57,710 nucleotides of DNA from NCBI GenBank assembly GCA_003614675.1, contig ML002251.1, positions 1-57,710 of the forward strand. The letters run 5' to 3'. Source of the stretch: Dimargaris cristalligena. Its lineage: Eukaryota. Of this stretch, positions 1-10,906 are shown in pieces (positions within the stretch are counted from its first letter, which is position 1; each line of letters begins with the position of its first letter). Below the pieces are notes generated by a model that was not told where the DNA came from, ran no database searches, and worked only from the letters and a program-made list of their open reading frames with translations. The translations under genes and the position numbers were made by a program.

Positions 1-339
1 TTGCCGCTGGGGGGACGGTGCGCCATTGACCCGACGGGGGGCCAAATCCCCACCGTCATCAGCGTTAGCTACGAATCACCCGTCAAGACCATGTCGGGCG
101 CAGGTAGCCCCCAGGTGGTGGTGACGGGGCAAGTAAACCCCGAGCACCCCAAGGGCGTCCGTTTAAGTCGCAACTTGTCGGAGGCTATCAAAGCCATGCA
201 GGAGCCGGGATCCATTGCCCGGCAGGTCTTGGGGGATGCCTTCGTCGAGCATTATGTGCAGACTCGCATCCACGAATGGCGTCAGTTTGAACAGGCGATT
301 ACCAGCTGGGAGCTCTCGCGTTATCTCGAGGTTATTTAA
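1..339 (+). CDS. Glutamine synthetase (GSI / gamma-glutamyl ligase-like) catalytic domain, 3' end only
   Basis: C-terminus LSRNLSEAIKAM...ARQVLGDAFVEHYVQTRIHEWRQFEQAITSWELSRYLEVI matches the GSI-family terminal helices. The gene begins upstream of the window. Confidence 0.8.
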   Translation: MPLGGRCAIDPTGGQIPTVISVSYESPVKTMSGAGSPQVVVTGQVNPEHPKGVRLSRNLSEAIKAMQEPGSIARQVLGDAFVEHYVQTRIHEWRQFEQAITSWELSRYLEVI

Positions 340-966
340 ACCAATAGTGTAGATCGTCGATATGTGATGAGGAATGGTTCATAACTATTTTTCGAAAGGA
401 ATATGCCCCTAATTATTAATAGCGTAGCTGATAGTAAGCAAGATTGATAATTTAAAACATTTAGGGAAGTCTGTAATAAATAATATGATAACTCACTCAA
501 GGCGTCGGCTTTGTCCAATCGATAATAATTACAATGTAGTTGTACGGTTTAGAAGTGATCATATGCTCCCATTCACATTCAGAAGCCTATCGGCAATATA
601 GAGCACTGATATCCGGGCGGCGGCGGGTGGTAGATGGTTATTAAAGGTAACCTGGGTATGGACTAGCAGGCTCATCACGTCTGGTGGGAGACAAGTATGC
701 ATGTCCAGTGTGGTGAGAGGTCTCATTTGGCCCAGTGGGTGCGGTGCCGAATGTATGATTCAGTGTAGAAACTGCAAGGCTGGATAGCTGTTAGTATATA
801 TCGGATGGGAAATACTTGGAAAAGGGCCTTGTTACCAATACCATTGAAAGCAGCTATATAAGCCCACCCCCTAGTCAGCGACACTGAATCAATACTTCCT
901 ATCACTCTATCACTTTTCTACTTTAGCCACGGCGGTAAACACAAACCGTCAGCTGTGACTATCACA

Positions 967-2388
967 ATGGGGACTTCTCTAACTATTAGTCGATCTAAAT
1001 ATCTCGCAACTAGTCCTACTGGTCCGGGCCTCACGCTTCTGCTCGGATTATTCGACCTGGGCAACAGTCACCTAGGACAGGGTGTCATCCGCCACCTCGA
1101 CAACCGCGACCAGCTCCATCTAGCGGCCGTTTGCCCCCTTCTCCGCAACCGGGTGATGCCCTTCTGCTCACTTTCATTTGGATTCAGCAATGATCGGGAG
1201 TTGACTGATCTATACACGTTGTTCATTAACCGCCACCACCCTTTTATTCGGCGACTATACTTAAAAATTGACGCCGGCTTCGGTTTACTTCGGCATTTAT
1301 TCCAAAGCGACTTTCAGAATGTGGCGGCCTCGTCCTGCCCAGTCAGCCATCTGCACATTGATATACAAAGTCTGTTGTATTGGAATATCGTTCCCCACTA
1401 TCTAGGCCAGCTCATGCAACCGCCCCGAATGCTGACCTTGGCGTTTACACCGGATATTGTCAACCTTGGTGAGTTCAGCCAGGGACTCGTCGATGGAACC
1501 TGGCCGGCTGAAATAAGGCATCATCTGAGCTCAGTTCGGGTGCTCCGACTCTACCCCTGGCGAGACAGTCAAGTTAATACTGATATTGTCCGGGTAATTC
1601 TGGAGCCCTTTACTGGGTTGAGGCGCCTGGATCTCAATCTGATCGACGTGGACAATCAATTGTGCCAAATGTTGGTGAATGACTTCTTCCTTGTATCCCA
1701 CCTTCGACTAACAGGTGGGCCATGGGATGTCGCTTCGCTTTTCCACTCTCCGGTTCCTACCTTTTGCAATCTCGTGTCTCTCACTCTTGAATGTGGACGA
1801 CAAGTCACTAATGTAGACCATCTGGGCACCATCCTAGCCACTGACTATCCTTTACTGAGACGCCTATCGCTTAGTTTTACACAACCAAGGTACCAGGTTC
1901 AAACCGACCCGGAAGTTTGGGGCGGCCTATTACAACTGTTTGATCAGCTCTGGCCAAACATTATATTTCTTGGTCTTTACAGATGCTCCTTGGGTAGCAA
2001 CCTGCCCCAACTCATCGCTACCAATTTTCCTAGTCTCTGTATAGTCAAATTCGGGGAATGTTTTGACGGTGACTTAACTTTCTCCGCACTACTATCAGGT
2101 TGCCATCGGCTGAGCTTCTTATACGCGGATTTTTTGCTTGATGGGGGGGATCTTGAACGATTATCTCGGATGTTCTACAATCCCAACATCGCCACTCTGT
2201 GCATCAGGCAAATCACCTGCGATCCAATAGTACTGCAGCAAATAGTTTCGCGATTACCTAATCTCCAGGAATTGGGAGTGTGGCTATCTACACCTGACTC
2301 CATTTATAGTCTCCAAGCCAGATATCCAGATATTCGTATTACAAACCATGCCAAATTAGTGAAGGAACCGTTTGGGCATCAGTCTTAA
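967..2388 (+). CDS. F-box/leucine-rich-repeat (RNI-like) protein, single exon
   Basis: F-box-like segment VIRHLDNRDQLHLAAVCPLLR followed by repeated LxxLxL motifs (LRRLDL, LVSLTL, LRRLSL, LQELGV). First ATG at 967. Confidence 0.65.
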   Translation: MGTSLTISRSKYLATSPTGPGLTLLLGLFDLGNSHLGQGVIRHLDNRDQLHLAAVCPLLRNRVMPFCSLSFGFSNDRELTDLYTLFINRHHPFIRRLYLKIDAGFGLLRHLFQSDFQNVAASSCPVSHLHIDIQSLLYWNIVPHYLGQLMQPPRMLTLAFTPDIVNLGEFSQGLVDGTWPAEIRHHLSSVRVLRLYPWRDSQVNTDIVRVILEPFTGLRRLDLNLIDVDNQLCQMLVNDFFLVSHLRLTGGPWDVASLFHSPVPTFCNLVSLTLECGRQVTNVDHLGTILATDYPLLRRLSLSFTQPRYQVQTDPEVWGGLLQLFDQLWPNIIFLGLYRCSLGSNLPQLIATNFPSLCIVKFGECFDGDLTFSALLSGCHRLSFLYADFLLDGGDLERLSRMFYNPNIATLCIRQITCDPIVLQQIVSRLPNLQELGVWLSTPDSIYSLQARYPDIRITNHAKLVKEPFGHQS

Positions 2389-2425
2389 AAAATACCCACA
2401 AATACATAAAGGAGATATTTAACTA

Positions 2426-2811
2426 GGCTGTATAACGAAAAATCCGTTGGATGAGGCAAATATTATGGGTTAAAAATGAATCCCTCGCCTATTTTCCTAT
2501 ACATATATAATTAAAAACTTTATACAAATGGGCCGAATTTCACCCAGATTAAAGCCGCCCTACTGGCTGTTGCTGCCTGTAGCACTAGACCCATCCTCCA
2601 TCTGCTCCACAAGGTATATCTCTCTTGCCAATAAATCGTTCCTATTACATCCACTCAACCCCATTTCTATTCAGCAAAAGGCTACCCTATCAATATTCTT
2701 GGTAATGGATATTTCAGTTCCGTGCTTATCAGTCGGAATATATGGCCCGTTCTTTCCTCGCCTCCTAAAACATTACAATTGTATATGTGACACTGCTTTA
2801 TTCGGTTAAGC
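2426..2811 (+). mobile_element. MITE-like dispersed repeat, copy 1
   Basis: GGCTGTATAACGAAAAATCCGTTGGATGAGG...GGGCCGAATTTCACCC is shared with copies at 29623 and 50160 (reverse). It ends TTCGGTTAAGC, an imperfect inverted repeat of the start, and is flanked by TA on both sides. Confidence 0.6.
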
Positions 2812-2912
2812 TATAGTAATACTATTCTAAGGCCGCCTATCAGTTTGGGTCAAACCACTGGGTTATAAATAAAACACGGGTTTACAGTTTACGATTCAAA
2901 GATACACGCCCT

Positions 2913-3816
2913 TTAAGCCACATTGGCCTTCTTGAGGATTTCCTCGACCATGGGCGATCCCGGGCTGCGCATACCCTTGGGTACGGCAGGGCGGGCCAGG
3001 ATGCGCTTCATCCACGCCTGAACATTTGGTAGGTCCGAAATATCAATTTCAGCGTACCCGTGGCACGCAACCCAGCTAAAGTTGATGATGTCGGCCAAAC
3101 TGTACTGGTTGTTGACCAAGTAGTCCTGGTTAGCCAGGCGCCGCTCGAGCACACCGTACAGGCGGCGGGTCTCATTGGTGTAGCGGGTGATGCCGTATTC
3201 GTTTACTTCGGGTGCGGAGCGTCGGAAATGACCGGCCTGACCCTGCATGGGTCCAATTCCGCCCATCTGAAACATGATCCACTGGGTCACTTCGGACTGG
3301 AGTTTAGGGTCAGCGGGCCACAGCTTGTGCTCCGGGTCGTAGTGTTCACCCAACCAGAGCAGAATGGCCCCAGACTCAAAGATGGGGAAGTCGCCGTGCT
3401 TGTGATCAATAATGGCGGGAATGCGTCCGTTGGGGTTGATCTTGAGGAACCACTCCTCTTTCTGCACGTTGGTACTAATGTCAAGGGATTTGAGCTCATA
3501 GGGGATTCCGAGCTCTTCCAGGGCGATGGTCACCTTCCATCCATTGGGGGTGGCTGCATGGTTTTAGGAATAGCAAGGATAAATTCCACGCAGAAGATGC
3601 GATTGGGGCTCAGCATTAGCAATTGGTTATAATGGAATAGTATATCACTCTCAACTGTGGCCAGAGCGGATACAAGTACCTGTAGTCTGGCATGGGCACC
3701 TTGATAAGAGAGGGTCGATTGCATTTGCTAAAATCGAACTACGACGGGGATATCATCCCTACAAACTTACCGGCGGTGTAGAGAGTAATGGGGGCTTTGG
3801 AAGTGGACGAAGACAT
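2913..3816 (-). CDS. Glutathione S-transferase (Ure2p/YfcG-like), 2 exons: 3816-3771 and 3553-2913
   Basis: Splicing the GT-AG intron 3770-3554 gives MSSSTSKAPITLYTAATPNGWKVTIALEELG. Motifs INPNGRIPAI, FESGAIL and YSLADI are present. Confidence 0.93.
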
Positions 3817-4737
3817 GGTTGCGTACGACTTAGAGCAGGGAGATGAAAGGGTGTAGTAGGTAAAGTATTTCGGATGTAGTTGAAGACTGGTGAAAAGTGA
3901 TGGCGAATATATTGGTTGATTTCTGGAAGACGGGCGACCATGTTTTTATACGCATTGTACAGAGACAGGCTACAGGGCTCATCATGATAGGACGGCCTAT
4001 AGGGTAGAGTGTAGCGTTCCAGATGATGATAATCTTGGTCTCACACCCATTCGTACCACTAAATCAAGGTGGTCGATTGCGTATGCAAACACATTGTGTT
4101 TAGGTATTATTAATCGATGGGGTCCATTACTAATCTCCCGCGCGACATGGCCAGAAAATCCATTGGATGACCAATTCATCCTTGATTTTGTATTCAACTT
4201 CAATTATTGGAAAGGAACGGCGTACTACTTGGTGACTATGGCCCACGTCGGTGCGACCTAAAAGATATGGCTTGGGGAGGGATATTAGTAAGCTTTCGGC
4301 TTACGAATGCATCATTTAATAGTCAGTATTCTATGTAGAACTAGACGATATGACAACATAATCTTACTAAGCTGACGTGCATATTGGGGAAATAATTTTA
4401 TAGAATTTCTAGGTTTTCAAAAATATCTGGCATGGTTTTTTCTATTTTTCTCGGACAAGCACAGAACCTTAAATTTCCGTCAAAAATGGTAAAACTCCGA
4501 TGGATAATGTCGAGTGAAAAGAAACACTTATGTGCACATAGTTTCCCTGCATAATATGGTCCCCAACGGAAATACTGCGCTTCCATTTAGTAAGGCTAAA
4601 ACCACATAAGCATCCTGGTGTAAAATACCTCTAGAAACAGACCCAATGTTTTGTATGGAACCAAGGGCGTCATAAATTATATATACCTATAAAACTAAAA
4701 TAGAATAGAATAAAACCAGATGGTTCATCCCAGCCAT

Positions 4738-5350
4738 TTAGAAATTGGATTTTTATTTTTTGATCTCAGCCATGACATTTTGAATACCAACGGGCCGTTG
4801 ATTAGGCCGGCTGGCTCCGGGGCCCGCGACCGTTTTGTTTGGTAAAGCGACGATCAATAAGGGGGTATAGTCCTTTATAAGACAGATTCAGCTGCCCCAG
4901 AACATTATGCAAAATGTGGATATTGTTTTCCAAGTTGGAGAAGTTTCAGATTGCTACCGCATTGATGTTGGCCAACCTGCCGCGGAAATTGGCGCTGAAC
5001 TCGGCGATGACTTTATCGAATTGGTCCACACTAATTTCAGAGGCATTGCCGCCCTATCACCGTGGCCTTCGCCCAAGTCAGTGTACGACTCGGCCCCGAT
5101 TACAAAGGACTTGAGGTAGCCGAAGTAGGTGTTGAGTTGCTCTTCCACATATTCGCTAACACAGGTCGTTCTGCATCGGGTGAAATAATCGACCTCTTCA
5201 TCACCGACCCCTTCGATCCTGTTTTCGTTAAGAATCGTGAGAACCAAATCAGAGTTGTTGATGAAAACAATCAAAATAGTCACCCGGTCATTTAAGTATT
5301 TACTGATGTGTAGGAGCATTGCTTCGAGTTTGTTGTGAAGCCGGTGTACA
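4738..5350 (-). pseudogene. VPS52: Degenerate 3' fragment of VPS52 (GARP/EARP subunit)
   Basis: Stitched frames read VFINNSDLVLTILNE...EYVEEQLNTYFGYLKSFV...FDKVIAEFSANFRGRLANINAVAI*NFSNLENNIHILHNVLGQL...PVGIQNVMAEIKK*KSNF*, matching the Vps52 C-terminus. Contains frameshifts plus premature TGA (4946-4948) and TAA (4753-4755). Confidence 0.75.
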
Positions 5351-6639
5351 CTAAAATAATGTGGAAGGCCAATGGAGCAGATTAGGTGATTTTTTGAGAG
5401 TAGATTGGTTCTGATAATTGGCATAGTTATTGAGATGGGCTGTCACCCTGGTCAATTAACTTTGACCTGATACTGCCCCGTAAACTCCCCTGACAATCCC
5501 AGGTGACTTCCAACACCCCCATGCCGTCGATAGAAACAACTGACATAACTGATATGCTCTTAACCTATTTACCTATTTATCTGCCTACTATTTACTTAAT
5601 GACTGTCAGACGGCCATCCCATCCTACGCCATCCGCGTATACGGTTCTCCTTTATAGGAGTGGCCCAGCGCATAAAACGAGGGGCACTTAGTTCTCTTAC
5701 CTCCTTAGCTCAGTTACGTTTATTTATGATACAATATACCCGTTATGCCCCTCTCTCCCATCCGAGCCAGTAAACCTATTTGTGACATCCCCTGATTGCT
5801 ATCACCTTGTTAAAAAATATGTCCCGACGGGCATTTTATCCTATCCTATATCTGCCAATTATGTTAGCTTATTTAGTTATCATAATGCCACTCATTTTAA
5901 TCATTTATAATTCGCCCCACCGATTATACTATTCAATAAAACTAGCCGCCTAAAGCCACCTACCGTCCTCCAGACGCTTTCTTCCTTTACTTACAGTTTA
6001 ATTACTTCGTTTCTGTATTCCAACATATTTAATAGAATGCATACTAATTAGGAGAATTCTGGGAAGTCCTGTTGGCGAATCGACCTAGAAGTTAACCATT
6101 TTAATATCGGGACATATTTCATGAAGTTGGGTATCCGAAGAGGACAAATCCAGGGGGTCTCTTTTATGGTATTTATCGGTGGTTGGCATTTATGAACTGA
6201 ATTATAAATATATGATGACCTAAGGGTGGTGTTCTAACCGGAGGCGGGTGCCAATGGGTTTATTGACGTAAACTAACAGGAAATAAGTTGATGAATCCCA
6301 TGTCGAAACCCTCGAGGGAGTATTTATATGTGAGGATGACACGTGGTGGTTTATCTGGGAATGGTGGTAGTGGCACTAGACATTACCCGCTACTATATAC
6401 TAAGATCTGATAGGAACTAGAGGAGCCTTTAGAATAATTATAAGGACATGATGGAGAAATCTTTTAGGTATCAACTAGGAATGAATAAGTGGGCATTATG
6501 GAACTGGATGTTGCCTTGGGGAAATTGCTGTTACAATAATGATTTATTCGAGTTTCAACTAAGGCAAGGGGGCTAGGTATAATAGCAAGATTGTAAAATA
6601 GAAATAATGAAGAGATTCAATAATTCAAACTGGTTTACT

Positions 6640-7685
6640 TTAGCAGGAAATTGAGAGTGTATTAAGGTTGCAATACTTTATCCAAAACTCCGTACGTCTT
6701 TCATTTGATTTCTTCACATGCTTATCTACAAATTTTCTGATGTCTTCAATAGCATTCCTCATGAGAATCTTACGAATAGTTAGGTATAGTGAACCCCGTC
6801 TAAGAAGCTGAAACAGGTCTTCGCAGCGGTAGCCATTTTCGTCGGTCAAATCCTGAATCGTACTGGTCTGGTAGCTGGTATCCCAATCCAACGTGTACAT
6901 AAAGTGGGGCCTCGGTGGCTCTTCTGTAATATCAATATACACCCGGGTAGTTTTGCTTGCTGAGTATTTTCGCATGGCTGCTGTATTCCCTCTACCAATA
7001 GCTGAAAGAACATCTTTAAATAGTTTCATTATATGGTCACTTAAGACCGACAGCATTGGGCTTTTGCTATTATATAAGGGAACACCCTTCATAAGGTTCA
7101 GCGGGAATACCAGCTTTGATTGAGTTTGGCAGTCCTCAAAGACCTTGGTGATGATTTCTTGTTCCCAGTGGTCTAAAGGCCTAGAGGTTCCGGGCTACAC
7201 TTGGAATGCAGAAGGCCTCCTGGTCGTGAAAATTGATTTTCCCAGGTTGAAATTCGGAAGGTTGAGTTGCTGAGCTGGGGCTGACTGGTAACTGGACACT
7301 GTTCGGAATTGAAGCTGCCACTTTGGAATAGGCCTTGGGTTTGAAGGTAGGCTAAAGTAGCATTCCAATCGAGATTGTAAGGGTCCACGTGACTATCATC
7401 AGCGAACTCTGAGCCGTCAGTAACAATTGCCGGGTTTTGTCACCAATTGATATAGTCAGGGCCAGGGTGACCAACATTGGCAAGTTCCGGGATACTGTAA
7501 AGATCCGTCACAATAATTAGCCATTTTTCATCAACCATTTCACTTTGACTACCAGTGTTATGTGGTGGGTTTGGCAATAAGCTATTAGACTGGCTAGATA
7601 ACAGGGTGTCCATAGCTGACAACAAGGAACTGACCATTAGGTATGCCATTGCCCAGCCAGTTTTACCAATGATTATTTTGGACAT
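6640..7685 (-). pseudogene. Disrupted lineage-specific gene, possibly secreted
   Basis: ORFs 7440-7685 and 7173-7388 share a frame and are separated by one TGA. A shifted frame is open from ~7194 to 6643. The N-terminus is hydrophobic (WAMAYLMVSSLLSA). Confidence 0.45.
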
Positions 7686-9514
7686 TGCTATTGGATAATT
7701 GGAAAGTTGAGACTAGGTGGAATGGAGATAATACACATGTAAGGTGATATACCAAAAATAAGGATGTAAATCCTGTTGAAGGTGTGGTGGGGAAACTTAC
7801 AAATATGACTAAGGTACAGTAGAAATGAAAAATAATAGAAAAGAATAGAATAGTGAGTTTCTTAGATAAAAGGTAAAAGTATTTTATCCGCCTTTTATTA
7901 TTACTTGGCAGGCATAAAGTGTAAATACTATTTGACCCTATGCATAAACCTGCTATTGTTTCAGTGGAAAGGTTGCATGGTTCAAGTGGTATAGACCCAT
8001 TTCAACTAATGTGGCTTTTGAGATAAATACATAAATGTATATAAATAATAGACATTAGTAAATATATATTAGTAATTTTATCCCTTGTTACCCAGGTTAA
8101 TCACTCTTAGTCCATCAAGAGTCCTGAGGATAGGCTTCTAATAGTAGGCAAGGCTTAGGCTCAGCCAGGTGGGCTACTAGCATCAGGTACAGGCACAATA
8201 CTAACTAATAAAGGCTACAGTAGGTATATACAAGGGATGTACAGTGGGCACACTTATTAGTCAATATAAGGGGAGTGAGTATATATAAAGTTTATTAGGG
8301 GTAAGCTAGGGGTAAGAAGTAAGCTAAGGAATTTAACTGGTCCCAATGGGGCCTAATTATATATATGTAGGGATAACTCTAGAGTGAGGTCCCAAGGGAA
8401 GGATACTACTAAGACTAAGGTATAGATAAATGGGCCAACCAGATAGTCATAGGTATCCAGAAGAGTCTTTGGATCAGTACTTGAGTGATTAGTATGAATA
8501 GGTAGAGTCTGGAAGAGGGAGGGTTATATGATAAGTGATAATCCTATAGTGCTGGGGGTAACTATAGGAAGGTTAATATGGTGCTATACAGCCTAATATA
8601 GTTAGATGTCTAAGCTGGCCTGATTAGGATGGATTAGATGGTCCAATACCCCTATCCTAGATTCAAAATATACAAATTTGATGGGGAGAGGGTCTTAAGT
8701 GGAAAGGAACTATTGTACCTAGCTACAACCAGTTTTAATTTAAGCTGCAGCATTTTACAACTTGAGTTTGTCAGTATCAGATTCCAACATATTAGGCCTC
8801 TCTAAATTTACATTGCACTTAGATAAACACTTGTTATCTTTAGAGTTGGGGAGGTGGGGTGGAGTATACAGCTTTCTATTGACAAAGCCCTATAATCAAA
8901 GTGCTCATTGTCCCCTGTTGGCCCTCCTCCACATAAAACTATGCATGCTAATGGCCACCTCCCATTCATGTAACACACAGTCCTGCTCTAAGCCCTCTTC
9001 TCCTTGCTGTTCACTGGGGGCTCTTCTCAACTCTCCCACTCTAATATACAGTCCCTTTCTTCTAGGTTTTCATCATGTTATACTGGTGGGTTTTACTAGG
9101 TCCTTGCCCTTTTTTTTCTTTAGTCACTCAACATCTGATATTATTCCTGCAAGTCCCATTCATTGGGACTAGTATGTTTTTGAGCTGTAGCATCCCATCA
9201 GTTTAATATACTTATCATGGTGTATTAGTATAATATGCTCAGATAGTGATTTTAGCAATAATTTTAAATCAGCCAATGTTCACTGAGGCATACTACTCTA
9301 GATTAGGCCAATTTTGACATTTATAATAGATAAGCGCATAGTCTGTAGTAAATGGCTACAAAGTGCCCTAGTTTACTAGTAACCTGCTGGAAGGATTGGG
9401 TAAAACTAGTAATAAATTTAAATATTGCATTATAATTGCTATATAACTCTAGAATGGCTGATTAGCCCACTGACTAAGTCTGGCTCTTTGTCCCTTTATT
9501 TCTAATATTATATA
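7508..9514. other. AT-rich, CpG-depleted, TpA-rich decayed tract
   Basis: By eye only two CpG (7889, 9335) in ~2 kb and none in 7891-9334. No credible ORF. Confidence 0.8.
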
Positions 9515-10906
9515 CGTATATATAAATGGAAAAATAGGCAGTATATTCATTTGTAACAAGTGGTTTTGTCTTACCCAACTGCTTACTCGTTATCTAGTCT
9601 GTTAGAATCTCACACATATATATTATATTCAGACCTTCCGCGTAGTGCGTGTATTTTGCGATACATGTTCCTAGGTACAAGGACCTATCGTTACTAACCA
9701 CTTGGATTTGTATCTCTTCATAATTCCTTTGATTCCGTCTACTATATTGGAGCCGGGGTTTAACGGAACTATTTGCAGCAGCATACAAATTGGTATAGTC
9801 CCCTCCTCCCATGCTTATCCGTATACTACTGTTATTATATTCCAAACTACTCTCCAGGTACATCTATCCTAGTCAACTTGAACATAGCTGCAATCTATGA
9901 TGATGAGCTAATGAAGTATGCGACTAGCTGATTCATGGTATTGCAGTGTGAATGGATTTACAATTTCCTTTAGTTTTATAGGAGATTTGAATGGAACAGC
10001 ATTCATTTCAATTGAGTTTCTACTGCTGGTGGACATCTAGAGTTAGAAACCTGGTCGATATTATTTATGAATGACCAGTCGCCCTGACAGTGATAATGAG
10101 TGAGGGCCCTAGCAGTAATACCAGTGGAGGAATACATCCGTAAAATATTCCAGCTTGAAATCGGGAGAGAGAAGTTGGGGGAAGGGGTATACTATAAATG
10201 GGCCGCCTTTTTTTCATTTCCTTTGCATTGGAATGAGGTGGTGTTGGTAAATAATGCAGCATCCACCCCACTGACTTACTCCGAGCTGTGTACACGGGTG
10301 TGGTTTATACGTAGAGTGAGGAGCACCACGAGGCCTAGGACTGTAGAAGCTGGAACGGCTTCACATTGTTTTACCCGGTTCGCAGGAAAAATAAGGCGCG
10401 TCGCTCACTGGATTGGGCTCTTTGCCCTGGCTGGTCCATCCCAAAGGGGTTAATCCAGCTATAACATACCTTCTGTTCGTTCACTGGCTTGTTCGTTCCT
10501 CTTTGACCTTGCCCCCTTCCTCTCTTCTGTATATTCGCTTGAAGGTGAAGATAACTCCGAGCTCACCGTATATATATATTGGAGACTCGACATAGAACCC
10601 TACAGCCCTGCCAAGTGGCGGTTTTCTCCTTTGCTCAAAATATGTATTATTTAAAATATTCATGTTCTAAAGCTTCGCACCAATTGTTAGCGATTATTCT
10701 TATCGGTTGTATGACTCTTTGACAGCGGTCACTCCTGTTTCATTGCCGTCTCTTCCCCTTTCTCACTGCTGTTCCTTGACTTCCCATACTCCAATCTTTA
10801 TAGGCTCCCGTAAAAACAAACAATAGTCGCGATATTATCTACTACATCCCTTAATATCTCATTATACCCGTTTGGTGGGCCGCAACCGCGTCGTATTTCG
10901 ATAAGT

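Noticed and set aside
3060-3632. 190-aa + strand ORF over the GST gene
   Set aside because: Antisense shadow of a codon-biased gene with no independent motif.
9594-9863. Faint resemblance of an alternative frame to a DDE transposase segment
   Set aside because: Too short and catalytic motifs not recoverable.
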